DNA of 63,949 nucleotides, the filler included, from Octopus bimaculoides (lineage: Eukaryota): the NCBI RefSeq assembly GCF_001194135.2. It is 8 parts of 7 records of this genome, joined end to end, with 100 filler letters (N's around TTAATTAATTAA, not from the genome) between each part and the next. Parts side by side here need not be neighbours in the genome. Positions count along the whole stretch, not along the records: positions 23,163 to 49,948 come from NC_068985.1; 7 more parts are not named here. One strand, 5' to 3'. Shown here piece by piece: positions 25,601 to 39,345 of the stretch. Position numbers and translations under genes: made by a program. Every line of letters begins with the position of its first letter. The stretch's first letter is position 1. The notes beneath the pieces were generated by a model. It did not search any database. It worked only from the letters and a program-made list of their open reading frames with translations, and was not told the DNA's origin.

Positions 25601-27199
25601 CTATATTATANNNNNNNNNNNNNNNNNNNNNNNNNNNNNNNNNNNNNNNNNNNNNNNNNNNNNNNNNNNNNNNNNNNNNNNNNNNNNNNNNNNNNNNNNN
25701 NNNNNNNNNNNNNNNNNNNNNNNNNNNNNNNNNNNNNNNNNNNNNNNNNNNNNNNNNNNNNNNNNNNNNNNNNNNNNNNNNNNNNNNNNNNNNNNNNNNN
25801 NNNNNNNNNNNNNNNNNNNNNNNNNNNNNNNNNNNNNNNNNNNNNNNNNNNNNNNNNNNNNNNNNNNNNNNNNNNNNNNNNNNNNNNNNNNNNNNNNNNN
25901 NNNNNNNNNNNNNNNNNNNNNNNNNNNNNNNNNNNNNNNNNNNNNNNNNNNNNNNNNNNNNNNNNNNNNNNNNNNNNNNNNNNNNNNNNNNNNNNNNNNN
26001 NNNNNNNNNNNNNNNNNNNNNNNNNNNNNNNNNNNNNNNNNNNNNNNNNNNNNNNNNNNNNNNNNNNNNNNNNNNNNNNNNNNNNNNNNNNNNNNNNNNN
26101 NNNNNNNNNNNNNNNNNNNNNNNNNNNNNNNNNNNNNNNNNNNNNNNNNNNNNNNNNNNNNNNNNNNNNNNNNTATATATATTTAATTATATGTATTTAT
26201 TCTATCCTAATGAATAATAATTCTGATAGAAACCAAGGTAGCAAAGATCACAAAATAACTGTGGTGTAATTCCTGTTGGTGAGGCAGAAACAGTATGCAG
26301 TTATTACATGCGTTTTCTCCATTCCTTAAATTTATTTATATATATATATATATATTGATGTACGACTGAGTAATTTTAGACCTCGTGGAACCCATCCATC
26401 TCTAAATTTGAACACAGTAGATGTCTCCAAGAAAATGATAGCAGGAGAACGGAAAGAAAGTGAGAGGTAGGAATGAAGTGACCCCTGAAAGAATTTAAAT
26501 TTGAATTTAAATTCAGAATAAAGACGAACATCGTACACTGCCGGAAAGGACTGCACCGAAACCTGAAAGTTTCTATCAAGTTTTTACTCCAGTAAAATAT
26601 CTCTACGATACACTGTTTAGCAGTATTGTGTAATCCTCCAAAAATGTTTGACTGTTTATATATATATATAAAGTCTGTCATACCGGCCATGATGAAATAC
26701 CACAAGGTATATATTTAATCCTTTATATTGAACACTCAATAATTCATCTATTCAATAAGACATATTCCATATATTCAATAAGACATTCAATACTTTATTT
26801 CATTGTACCATCCATTTTTATTTTATATTATATATTGTATATTATATTATATTATATATTGTATATTATATTATATATTGTATATTATATTATATATTGT
26901 ATATTCCATATTCTATATCCCACATTGGTTTTGCAGGAATATAAATAAAACATAAAAAACAGACAGTGTTGGAACTCTTTTAAACAAAATAATATATTCC
27001 TCTATACACAATCATACAAAACCCCTTTTTTTGTATTTATTTTTACTCGCATATATATATATATATATATATGCTTTCAGTATGGCAAACGTTAATATAT
27101 ATAATATATATTTAGAATACATATATAAAAGTAGTGAGAAAAATGTAAATAATCGTTTTGCGATGTATCCCGAAGAGAATATCTCTATACTTAAAAGGT

Positions 27200-27400
27200 T
27201 GTAATATATTTTTTTCTACTCTAGGCACAAGGTCTGAAATTTTGGGGGGAGGAGGACAGTCAATTAGATCGACCCCTGTACGAAACTGGTACTTAATTTA
27301 TCGACCCCGAAAGGATGAAAGGCAAAGTCGACCTCGGCGGAATTTGAACTCACAACGTAAAACCAGACGAAATACTGCTAAGTATTTCACCCGGCATGCT
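27200..27400 (-). mobile_element. SINE family B, CpG-retaining copy
   Basis: TTTATCGACCCCGAAAGGATGAAAGGCAAAGTCGACCTCGGCGGAATTTGAACTC. Confidence 0.9.
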
Positions 27401-27529
27401 CGCCGCCTTAAACTTGTAATATATTGAGTTATATAAAAAGTTCTTTGATGGAACAGAGCTGAAGGATAGCAATAGATATTTGCCGTTCTTCCATCAGAGG
27501 GATTGAAAATACATTTCATGCTATAACCG

Positions 27530-27686
27530 TTAAATGGCTATGTAATAAAAAGCTTGCTTCTCATCCACATTGTCTCGAGTTAAGTCCCACTGCGTGGCAC
27601 CTTGGGCATGTGCCTCCTATTATAGCCTCGGGCCAACCAAAGCATTGTGGGTGAATTTGGTAGACGGAAACGGAAAGGAGCCTGTC

Positions 27687-27746
<60 letters not shown>

Positions 27747-27990
27747 TTATATGTGTGTGTCTTTGTATCTGTGTTTATCCCTATCACCAACATCTCTTGA
27801 CAACTGATGTTGATGTATTTAAGCCCCCGTAGCCTGGCGGTTCAGCAAAAAGGATCCGATAGAATAAGTATTACGCTTACAAAAAATAAGTCCTGGAGCC
27901 GATTTCTTCGACGAAACAAAACCCTTTTAAGGCGGTGCTCCAGCATGACCTCAGTCAAACGACTGAACCAAACAATACGATAAAAGAATA
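27530..27990 (+). mobile_element. SINE family A, full length with internal (TG)n
   Basis: Head, CORE-like block, microsatellite and GGCGGTGCTCCAGCATG tail, in order. Confidence 0.88.
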
Positions 27991-28029
27991 TATGTGTGTG
28001 TGTGAGTGTGTATTGTTTGATTTATAGTC

Positions 28030-28240
28030 CTTTCTACTATAAGTACAAGGCCTGAAGTTTTCGTGAGAGGGATAGTCGATTACAATGACCCCAGTACTCA
28101 ACTGGTACTGATATTAACGACTCTGAAGGATGAATGACAAAGTCGACCTCGGTGGCATTTGAACTCAGAACATAGAATTGGACGAAATACTGCTAAGTAT
28201 TTTGTCAGACATGCTAACGATTCTGCCGGCTCGCAGTCGA
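28030..28240 (-). mobile_element. SINE family B
   Basis: AAAGTCGACCTCGGTGGCATTTGAACTCAGAAC..CTAACGATTCTGCCGGCTCGC. Confidence 0.8.
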
Positions 28241-28428
28241 GTTATAATAAAAACAAATTTTACATCAGACTAAAGGATCGATAGTTTTTGTGTAGGACAC
28301 ATAACTAATAGAGTTTTACAAGAAGATTAGTGACTAAGAATTTCCTGCCTTCTCGCTTTCATCGGACACTCCGGTGAAGGCCAAAACCTCGTAGTCATCG
28401 TCACCACTCTTCCAGTAGATACGTATAA

Positions 28429-28473
<45 letters not shown>

Positions 28474-28474
<1 letters not shown>

Positions 28475-28690
28475 AATTATAAACATATAGGGATCAGCAG
28501 GAATTGCTTCACCAAAGGATAGCGATATTTATGACTCACATAGAACAACATTAAGTACTATGTGAGCCATAAATATCGCCATCCGTTGGAGAAAAAATTG
28601 TAGTTAGGATTAGTAGTTCTTAACTGCTATTTCTAAATCTTCAGTATGTTGGTGAAGCGTTTCCTGCTGATCCCTATATGTTTATAATTA
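28474..28690. mobile_element. MITE-like element with ~42-bp TIRs and an internal 27-bp hairpin
   Basis: TAATTATAAACATATAGGGATCAGCAGGAATTGCTTCACCAA (28474-28515) is inverted at 28649-28690. Internal stem 28517-28543 / 28558-28584. Confidence 0.75.
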
Positions 28691-30079
28691 TAAACGGTTT
28701 ACCGATAAAGGTTTTTTTGCATACTGAACTACTTGGCAAAATTGTTAGTTTTTAATTTATTAATTAATTAACAATTCCCTGCTCTATATCTATATATATA
28801 TACACATAGGTATGTGACTGTATGTGTGTATGTGAGTGTATGTGTGTGTGCGTGTGTGTGCGCGTGTGTGCGTGTCTGTGTAAATATTGGTTTCAAACTT
28901 TAGCACAAAGCCAGCAATTTCGGGGGAGTGATTAAGTCGACTACACCGATTCCCAGTGCTCAACTGGTTCTTAGTTTCTCGAACCCGAAAGGTTGAAATG
29001 CAGAACTGACCTCGACGAGATTGAAGTCAAAACGTAAAGACGAACGAGACGCTGCTAAGAATTTTGCCCAGCTTGCTATTCTGCCAGTTAGCTGCCTTAT
29101 ATAAGTGTGCAGGGGCATTATTAAAACTACTCCAGTCCTCAGCAGGTTCGACTTATGACCAAAGTTGTAGAAAACATTCCACAGTTGAATTAGAACAGTC
29201 ACAAACAGTGAAAGAAGACATGCACCCAACACCAGAGCTGAAGACACCTCTGAAAGGGGGTGGCCCCGCCACGTCAAAACGGTAGAGGAGTAGGGGCCGA
29301 AACCGGACGTGGTTCCTCCTGATGATGTCTTGAGCTAACTGGATCCTATAAAGTAGCTGTTGTGGTAGCAGACCACGAAACATGGTTGAAATTCCTCGTC
29401 TATTTTACAGGTATTGTGTATCTAGAAAATGTCACTTTATTCTAAGTTAATAGAATAAGATTTGAGAGTAATTTTGCTGCTATTTCTAGCAGGTTAAACT
29501 ATCGAGTAGATGCTTCCTTGTACGAGATGAACTAATTATTAATGGTGGAGTGTTAGTAGTCGTAGTCATGAGGCAACGTTACTGGTTGAGCTGACGCTCG
29601 TGGCTGTAGTGATGATAGTGTTGACGCTGGTGCTGCTGCTGATGCCAGCACTGATGGCGGAAGGTACGTTAATGCGATAATCAATGCAATGGTTTTGTGT
29701 CTATTTCAGACTGTTATGGCTGGATCTGACATTTTCGGCTGTTAAAGTCAAGTTTCTCTCAGTCATAAGAAAATAGACCGGCCGTGGTTTTTAGCATGTT
29801 GCTAAGGACAGGAATCTTCGTGTTATGGCGCACATTCTATTTTGCCTTTAATTCAGTTGCTATAATTAATCTTCTAGTTTTTTTCTCTTTTTTTTTTTTA
29901 GTGGGGTGAGGTTTGTTATTCTTTGTTTTCTTTTTTATCTTTTATTTATCTTTTATCTTTTATCTTTTACTTGTTCCAATCATGGAACTGCAGCCATCCT
30001 GTGGCGTCGCCTTGAAGGATTTTAGTCGAACAAATCGACCCCAGTATTTAATTTTTACAACCTGGTACAAGCGGTGATG

Positions 30080-30123
<44 letters not shown>

Positions 30124-30328
30124 GCTTCTTCCAGTTTCCATCTTCCAACCAAATCCACACACAATGCCTTGGTTGGCCCGACACCATAGTAGAAGATACT
30201 TGCCCAAGGTGCCACACAATGTGGATGAATACGAAATCATGTGGTTAGGAATCAATTTCTTACAATTTTGCCTCGCTTGAACCTGTTCTTAACACACAGT
30301 CACGCCGTTTTGTGTGTGTGTGTGTGTG

Positions 30329-30375
<47 letters not shown>

Positions 30376-31029
30376 GTGTGTGTTTTCTTTTTTCTTTTTG
30401 GGGTTTTGTTTTGATTTGTTTTTCCCCTTGTAAAATTCTCTATAACATTGTATACTGGTTTTCCATCGGTCGAGTCTTTTCCTTGCAATAGAAAGAAATA
30501 TCTTGCTTGAAATCTAATCTATTTTCTCGTTAGTGAAATAAAATGAAGTCCATCATGTAATCGTTATATATTTATTTTTATTTTTATTTTTATCTTTGTT
30601 TTTATTTTTTCATTTTCTCGTTTCAAATATAATGTCCTAAATATACTTGTTATCAATTAATGGTTTGGGCTTAAGCGCTTTTTATCTAATTTTTGTTTTA
30701 TGTTGTGCAATATTACATCTTGCAATGCCTACTTGTTGTAACTGCATGGTCAACCAGCGAGAAAATGTCTTACTTGTCTGTCCAATATACCAACCAGTTA
30801 CAGACATTAAGTTTACAACTTTTATGTTTGCATATATTAATTTTTAAATTAAAATACTCGTCTGAAGTTTAATCAACGGCTTGTTGAATTGCTGTTTGTT
30901 ATTGATGAAGAGATTATTAATTTTCGTTTTTGTTTTTCGTTTTTGTTTTTCGTTTGTGTTTATTGTAATACTTTATTAATGCTAAATTTTGATTGGTTGT
31001 AATGTAAGTTATCTTTTCAGTCTTTCTCA

Positions 31030-31030
31030 T

Positions 31031-31095
<65 letters not shown>

Positions 31096-31109
31096 TCTCT
31101 CTTTTTCTC

Positions 31110-31140
<31 letters not shown>

Positions 31141-31475
31141 CTCTCTCTCCCTCTCTCTCTCTCTCTCTTTTATTCACTAGTCCTATATCTTTGTCTTAGA
31201 TATTTCTTGCCAATCTCCCTTTCCCTAGTTATCTATTTCTCTCTCTCCTTCTCTGTCTCTCCATCTCTCTCTCTCTTTCCCTTTCTCTCTCTCCCTCTTT
31301 TTCTTTTCTTTCTCTCTCTCTCTCTTCTACAAACTCTCTCTTACTCTCAATCACTGCTTCAGCCTTTGTCTTTAGATCTCTCTCACCCTTTCTCTCACCT
31401 CTTCCTCTTGTCTCTGCCTCTCTTTCATTGCTCTTCTCTGTAACTGTCTCTCTATCTTTCTGGGTCTCTCTCCCT

Positions 31476-31517
<42 letters not shown>

Positions 31518-31520
31518 CTT
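31030..31520. repeat. (CT)n-rich pyrimidine microsatellite block
   Basis: Direct inspection. Confidence 0.95.
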
Positions 31521-31784
31521 ATTTTATCTCTCCCTTACTATATCTTCCTATTTTCAATCTGTCTCTTTGTCCTCTCGCTCTCCCTCTGACTTTCTATGTC
31601 ACTCTTCCACTCTCTCCCTCTCCCTCTGATTCTCCTCCTCTTTCTCTCTTCCTCTCTCCGACTCTATCGCCCATTTTTCTATCTATATATTTCTCTTCCT
31701 AAAACATTACATTTATCTCTTAATGTGATCTTTGAAAAACCAAACCGAAAATCAACATTCCTACACACACACACACACACACAC

Positions 31785-31825
<41 letters not shown>

Positions 31826-31986
31826 NNNNNNNNNNNNNNNNNNNNNNNNNNNNNNNNNNNNNNNNNNNNNNNNNNNGACAAATATAAACGCATAAACAAA
31901 CAATAAACATACAAATAAACATATAAATAAATGGAAAATTATTAAGTGATCGATAAACGAAATTAAGAACCACAACAATAAAAAAA

Positions 31987-32044
<58 letters not shown>

Positions 32045-32239
32045 TGTTGTTGTTGTTGCTGTTGTTGTTGTTGCTGTTGTTGTAATGGCTTCTTCAGTGC
32101 AAGGCCATCATTTTTTTATATTTCTTTTTCCGGGAGCAATCTGGTGCTATACAATTGATTAAAACTACCCAGATTCCTTCTTGCTTGGCACTTATTTTAT
32201 CATATGCTGTTTCATTTTAGTTTATTCATATCGTCATCA

Positions 32240-32675
32240 ATAGGCACTGGCACGTCTGTGTGGTTAAGAAGCTCGCTTTGCAACCACCTGGTTTCGTGTT
32301 CAGTCCCGCTGCGCAGCACCTTGGGCAAGTATCATCTACTATAGCCGCGGACCAACTAATGTCTTGTGAGTGAATTTGATAGACAGAAACCGTGTGGAAT
32401 CCCGTCGTATCTATATGTGTGCGTGTGAGTGTGTGTGTGTATGTGTGTGTCTGCCTGTGTGTATGTGTGTGTATTTGTGTGTGTCTGCGCAACGTTTTAC
32501 AACCAGTGCTGGCTTGTTTACGTCCTTGCAACGTAGCTGTTCGGCAAAAGGAGCGAACAGAAAAAGTGCCAGATTTAAGAAGAAAAAAAAAAGAAATACT
32601 GGGGTCGATTTATTCGATGAAAGCATTGAAGGCGATGCTCCAGTATGGCCGCAGTCCAATGACTGAAACGAAGCG
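32240..32675 (+). mobile_element. SINE family A, full length
   Basis: GTGTGGTTAAGAAGCTCGC..GCACCTTGGGCAAG..GGCGATGCTCCAGTATGGCCGCAGTCC. Confidence 0.85.
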
Positions 32676-33194
32676 AGTAAACCAATACCTCCCACCCGTA
32701 CTCTTTAATTTATTTCTACGTATTGCATTCTGTCTCTTCTTCTGTAAACCTCACAACTTCGCAGCCTCTCGGTCTCTCTGCCTCTCAGTTCCTCGGCCGC
32801 TCTGCTTCCATCCTGCCCCACTCCATCTGTTTTCGTTTTCTCGCGCTCTTTGATTCTTTTACCACCACCCCGACAAATATCCTGCAAAAGATGAAAGCCG
32901 AAGACGACCTCGACGGGATGGGAATTTCACACTATACACAAAAGTGACGCAACAAAATAATGATTCTAGTGATTCTATCAGAAGTTAAGAGATATCAATA
33001 GTCAGATAGTAAACATTTCTCGACATCTTACACCGAATATTGAGAAATTGAGAAAAAAATACATAAAGAGCATAGTTTATTTTTCTATCCTCTAATGAGA
33101 AAAAATACTAAACGTACACACACACGCACACACACGCGCGTGCGCGCACATATATGTATGTATGTATGTATGCATGTATATGTATATAACATAT

Positions 33195-33241
<47 letters not shown>

Positions 33242-33807
33242 ATATATATACATATATATATATATACATATATATACATAAATATATATTATATATACAT
33301 ATATATACATATATATATTATATATACATATATATACATATATATATTATATATACATATGTATATATATTTATATTTATATACACACATATATACATAT
33401 GTATATATTTATTTATACATACACATACAAACAAATCGATAATAAACATTACTGATTGTGATGATAAGGGTTTTTTTTTTGTCAGTATCCTTGATGTTTA
33501 GTATTTTGTAGCTTTTTTTTTTTTTGATGTTGTATTTAGTTAGGTTGGGTATTTTTATTTAGTTTTTATATTTATTTATTTATTTATTTTTATCAATTTA
33601 TCCGCAAGAACTTTGGGCAAAATTTTATCGTTCATAATATCCGACCACAGTCTGAGAAAAGCTGAAAGTTATCGAAAATCTCAACAATTTTTATGCCTAT
33701 ACAATTAGTGCGCATATACATACACACGCAGACACACACACACATATATATATATACATACACACACACACATACACACATACACAACACACACACATAC
33801 ACATGCA

Positions 33808-34084
33808 TATGGCCTAGTGGTTAGGGTGCTGCACTCGGGATCTAACGATCGTGAGTTCATTACTAGACCAGGTAATGCGTTGTATTCTTGAGCTCACTTC
33901 ACCTCACGTTGCTCTGCGATCACTTCGACACCTGACGCGTGACACACAGAGCACCTGTTCAGAGAGCGTCGATCTGATGGAGAGAGTGAGCTAACGTGTG
34001 GCTCGAGCATTTGATCACCATAAACAAACCATTTGTGCAGATCGTTCGGCAAAAGCTGAATGCGCATACGTCGTCTTCGACAGG
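33808..34084 (+). mobile_element. tRNA-headed CORE-type SINE with distinct body
   Basis: GGCCTAGTGGTTAGGG A-box, GTGAGTTCATT B-box-like, TTCTTGAGC..CACTTCACCTCACGTTGCTC core. Confidence 0.7.
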
Positions 34085-34129
34085 ATAGTCCATGATATAT
34101 ATATATATATATATAATACAAATAATATG

Positions 34130-34445
34130 TGAGTATATGCATATATACGTACATGTATGTACATACCTACATCTACATGTATATATAGATGCATATCTGG
34201 GTACAGGACATCACAAAGAGACATGGACAAAATGAAAAACGAGAACATAAACAGAGCACGGAAAACAACCTTTTTTTCGGACAACGGTAGGAACACAGGA
34301 AAACAGACAGGCCACATAGAGAATATTTCCTTCATCCGCTGCACCTGTTCTAAACTAAGCGTTTCGAAGTGTTAGAGCAAGACGCATTGTTGGAATAGTT
34401 CTTCGCGTAAAGCAAATTAAATTAAATTTGTGATGCGGAGGAATT
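34130..34445. mobile_element. diverged copy of the Penelope-like terminal region at 880-1110
   Basis: Shares GCATATCTGGGTACAGGACAT and, inverted, CTTCGAAACGC..GATGAAG..AAT.TTCTCTATGTGGC. Confidence 0.6.
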
Positions 34446-35115
34446 AAGTGGCAAGCACAAAACACGACAGAGAAAACGAAGTAATATAATATGTGACAAT
34501 TATTCGGTTGCAATTATAAAACTCCGAGTTTCGGATGTCGGGGTGGAAATCTTCTCCGGCATCTCGCCAGTTATTAAGACAAACGAAAATACTATGAAAA
34601 TGAACGTTAAATAACGGGGAAAACCCGGAAGGGAGAAAGTAAAAATACGCTCGTATAATTCGCGTATGCGCGCATGTACATACATATACATATGCATATG
34701 CTCACTCACACACACGTGAAATGCATACATGCACACCAAAACACACCTATATGTATACATATATATGCAACTATACACAGATACACATATACATACCCGC
34801 ACACACACGTATATATATACCGCATACGCGCATAATTATGTTCATATACACGTCTATATACGCACAAGCACAAAAATGCAGGGTGAAAGGTAATATACAT
34901 AAAAAATATGTAAAAATATATAAAGCAATAAAAATATATAAGAATATATATAAAAATATGTAAATATACATTATATACTCATATAATGATGCAACGACTG
35001 TTTGAATATAAGGCTTGAAACACGTGTACCGCGGAATCCTTTGTGTTCTGTTTTAANNNNNNNNNNNNNNNNNNNNNNNNNNNNNNNNNNNNNNNNNNNN
35101 NNNNNNNNNNNNNNN

Positions 35116-35148
<33 letters not shown>

Positions 35149-35457
35149 TAAGAGAGATAAAATGCTTGTACGTGTACACAATATAAAAAGCCGGTTCTAT
35201 ATGTGGTCTTGGGAGATATGTGAATATGTGCTGTTTTCTACTCTTGGGGGATAAGCAAATTTGTTACCCAGCTGCCATATCTGCGTCAATAAGTATACTG
35301 TGTGTGCGTGCTAACGATTCTGCCAGCTCGCCGCTCGCCTTGCCAACAGTGTAGCATCATTCGAAGCGCATTGTGACCACCGAAGTATAACACCATCCGA
35401 TTGTCTGCTCAGTACCGATATATACATGGGTGCATGTATGTGTGTAAATATATATAG

Positions 35458-35600
<143 letters not shown>

Positions 35601-35689
35601 CATATATATGCATGTATGTATGTACGAATGTGTGTTGACGTGTGTAAACGTTTCATTTCCCCTTTTAAAATATTTTCTACTGTTATTAA

Positions 35690-36250
35690 CATATTATACC
35701 TCTCTATGATTCCAAGCTTTCATCCTTTATTTCTATTTTTACGTATTATTGATTTCTGTAGCATTTAAGATTTCAGTTATATTCTGTAGATGCTCTCTCA
35801 GAATTTAAATTAATGCATGTACTGTGTGTAATGGGTTTTAAAGGCATTCTCTGTTAATCTTATATATGCTATTTTGATACCATTAACTGTTTTTATTGTA
35901 TCGCTGAATATTACAGACGTCGTTAGGCATTTTCTTTGAGTGGTTATTTCAGCGTATTTCTACATTCGCATTCAAAAAGTAGGGGCAGTGTACGCTTTAA
36001 AAACTTACGTCATCTACACATTTGGAGAGGATTTTTAGGATTTTTTTTTTCATTAAAGAGCTCGTGTATTTCCTTTAGGGCTGATAGGTTTGCTATCCTA
36101 CTTAGATTATGTGCGAGATGTTTTTTTACCAGTTGGAGAATAGTCGGAGTTTCCTTTTATGGTACATTACTTTTCCAGTTCTTTTACACAAAGGGGTTTG
36201 CTATGCTTAAGTCTAGTACTATAGGGAAATATGAGCTAGAGACTGACCAA
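35690..36250 (-). pseudogene. Penelope-like retroelement GIY-YIG endonuclease relic
   Basis: Manual translation gives ECECRNTLK*PLKE/CLTTSVIFSDTIKTVNGIKIAYIRLTENAFKTHYTQYMH*FK. This resembles the PLE CNC..CPL.G.CL...VIY...YIG.TE..FK.R...H..SF motif, with stops and frameshifts. Confidence 0.78.
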
Positions 36251-36362
36251 TGAAAATAATGTATCACTCATCGTGTTTGACCTAACATTCATAGTTATAT
36301 TAGTCTTCATGAAACTGTAAGTTGTTATGGTGTTAATCAACCAGTTTATATCTATTATATAT

Positions 36363-36425
<63 letters not shown>

Positions 36426-37177
36426 NNNNNNNNNNNNNNNNNNNNNNNNNNNNNNNNNNNNNNNNNNNNNNNNNNNNNNNNNNNNNNNNNNNNNNNNNNN
36501 NNNNNNNNNNNNNNNNNNNNNNNNNNNNNNNNNNNNNNNNNNNNNNNNNNNNNNNNNNNNNNNNNNNNNNNNNNNNNNNNNNNNNNNNNNNNNNNNNNNN
36601 NNNNNNNNNNNNNNNNNNNNNNNNNNNNNNNNNNNNNNNNNNNNNNNNNNNNNNNNNNNNNNNNNNNNNNNNNNNNNNNNNNNNNNNNNNNNNNNNNNNN
36701 NNNNNNNNNNNNNNNNNNNNNNNNNNNNNNNNNNNNNNNNNNNNNNNNNNNNNNNNNNNNNNNNNNNNNNNNNNNNNNNNNNNNNNNNNNNNNNNNNNNN
36801 NNNNNNNNNNNNNNNNNNNNNNNNNNNNNNNNNNNNNNNNNNNNNNNNNNNNNNNNNNNNNNNNNNNNNNNNNNNNNNNNNNNNNNNNNNNNNNNNNNNN
36901 NNNNNNNNNNNNNNNNNNNNNNNNNNNNNNNNNNNNNNNNNNNNNNNNNNNNNNNNNNNNNNNNNNNNNNNNNNNNNNNNNNNNNNNNNNNNNNNNNNNN
37001 NNNNNNNNNNNNNNNNNNNNNNNNNNNNNNNNNNNNNNNNNNNNNNNNNNNNNNNNNNNNNNNNNNNNNNNNNNNNNNNNNNNNNNNNNNNNNNNNNNNN
37101 NNNNNNNNNNNNNNNNNNNNNNNNNNNNNNNNNNNNNNNNNNNNNNNNNNNNNNNNNNNNNNNNNNNNNNNNNNNNT

Positions 37178-37535
37178 CGTTTCAGTCATCTGACTGCGGC
37201 CATGCAGGAGCACCGCCTTTAGTCGAGCAAATAGACCCCAAGACTTAGTCTTTTGTAAGCCTAGTACTTATTCTATCGGTCTTTTTTGCCGAACCGCTAA
37301 GTTACGGGGACGTAAACACACCAGCATCGGTTGTGAAGCGATGGTGGGGGGACAAACACAGACACACAAACACACATACACATATATATATATATATATA
37401 CATACATACGACGGGCTTCTTTCAGTTTCCGTCTACCAAATCCACTCACAAGGCTTTGGTCGGCCCGAGGCTATAGTAGAAGACACTTGCCCAAGATGCC
37501 ACACAGTGGGGACTGAACCTGAAACCATGCATTGA
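37178..37535 (-). mobile_element. SINE family A, near-intact young copy
   Basis: Many CpGs retained: GCCGAACCGCTAAGTTACGGGGACG, GGTCGGCCCGAGG. Confidence 0.92.
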
Positions 37536-37633
37536 AGCATATTCAACACGCACTGAATATCATTCTGTACGTTTACGAAACAAAAAGGTGTGTATGTATA
37601 TATATATGTATGTATGCATGTATGTATGTATGT

Positions 37634-37695
<62 letters not shown>

Positions 37696-37705
37696 NNNNN
37701 NNNNN

Positions 37706-37739
<34 letters not shown>

Positions 37740-38842
37740 CACACACATACATACATACATACATACATACATACATACATACGTGCATACATGTGTGTAA
37801 GTACATGCATATATACTACATGCGCGATGTATGTGTATGTATGCTTGCGTGTATATTATATGCATGAAAGGTTGCCAGTAATATATGCTTACAATCATTC
37901 CTTGTAGCATCTTCAGAACGAATATTTTCCCTCTCTTCTATTTTCCGGCTTTTCCTTTTCTCCTGCATCCTTTTAGCTTCGCTAATAATCTTTCTCTCCT
38001 TTTCTCTCTCTCTCTTTATCTGTTTCACTTTTTCTCTCTTCTCTTTCTGTCTCCATATATATGTGTGTGTGCGTGTGTTTGTGTGTGTATGTGTGTGTGT
38101 ATGTGTGTGTGTGTATGTGTGTGTGTNNNNNNNNNNNNNNNNNNNNNNNNNNNNNNNNNNNNNNNNNNNNNNNNNNNNNNNNNNNNNNNNNNNNNNNNNN
38201 NNNNNNNNNNNNNNNNNNNNNNNNNNNNNNNNNNNNNNNNNNNNNNNNNNNNNNNNNNNNNNNNNNNNNNNNNNNNNNNNNNNNNNNNNNNNNNNNNNNN
38301 NNNNNNNNNNNNNNNNNNNNNNNNNNNNNNNNNNNNNNNNNNNNNNNNNNNNNNNNNNNNNNNNNNNNNNNNNNNNNNNNNNNNNNNNNNNNNNNNNNNN
38401 NNNNNNNNNNNNNNNNNNNNNNNNNNNNNNNNNNNNNNNNNNNNNNNNNNNNNNNNNNNNNNNNNNNNNNNNNNNNNNNNNNNNNNNNNNNNNNNNNNNN
38501 NNNNNNNNNNNNNNNNNNNNNNNNNNNNNNNNNNNNNNNNNNNNNNNNNNNNNNNNNNNNNNNNNNNNNNNNNNNNNNNNNNNNNNNNNNNNNNNNNNNN
38601 NNNNNNNNNNNNNNNNNNNNNNNNNNNNNNNNNNNNNNNNNNNNNNNNNNNNNNNNNNNNNNNNNNNNNNNNNNNNNNNNNNNTATTCCCCCCCTCTCTC
38701 TCTTATCCTTATTCCTAACGAAGAAAATCAATTGTCGCTGAAAGCAAATTGTCGACACTAAATACTAAATATGTAAACAAATAAAAAGAAAATTAACCGA
38801 ATAACAGTAACAACAACAACAACAACAACAATAACAATAATA

Positions 38843-39345
38843 ATGGTGCCCTGATGAAGTACCATGTTGCCCTGATGCAGTAATAGACATTGGCTCTCAT
38901 GGTTTCAGATCTTAACTGATTGGAAGTGTTATCATGTACATTGTTTTGTCTTGGTGTAAAAGATGAGCTGCAACAAATATTCTGCTCAATACCACAGATT
39001 TGTTTGTTAATTGCTTGACTTCAACCAGTTGAGCATGTTCCTTAGTGGCTGATGATATGTGCATCTCTGATCACGAGCAGAAGTAGTGGGGGAGCATCAT
39101 TGCCATGTGTTGAGAGGAATTCTTTGGGGTTTGGGTAATTCACATCTGGAAACATAGGTGTTTCATTCAACATCCTTAAACAACCCTTATTCAAGAACCT
39201 TTTGATCGGGATGGGCTATTCGACCTGAACAAAATTCTAACTGGGTCCCACCTGCAATGCCTTGTGTTGTTTATATAAAGTCACCATGTCGCGCACACAT
39301 GGTTGTGATGCATGTGTCTGATGTACCCTTATCAGACACATGCAA
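38843..39345. mobile_element. unclassified ~500-bp interspersed repeat embedded in (AAC/AAT)n microsatellites
   Basis: Complex sequence bounded on both sides by trinucleotide repeats. Recalled as a high-copy octopus repeat; not verified. Confidence 0.4.

Noticed and set aside
28375-28412. Hammerhead-like CCGGTGA-AGGCC-AAAA-CCTCGT
   Set aside because: Three core substitutions and no consistent helix I register.
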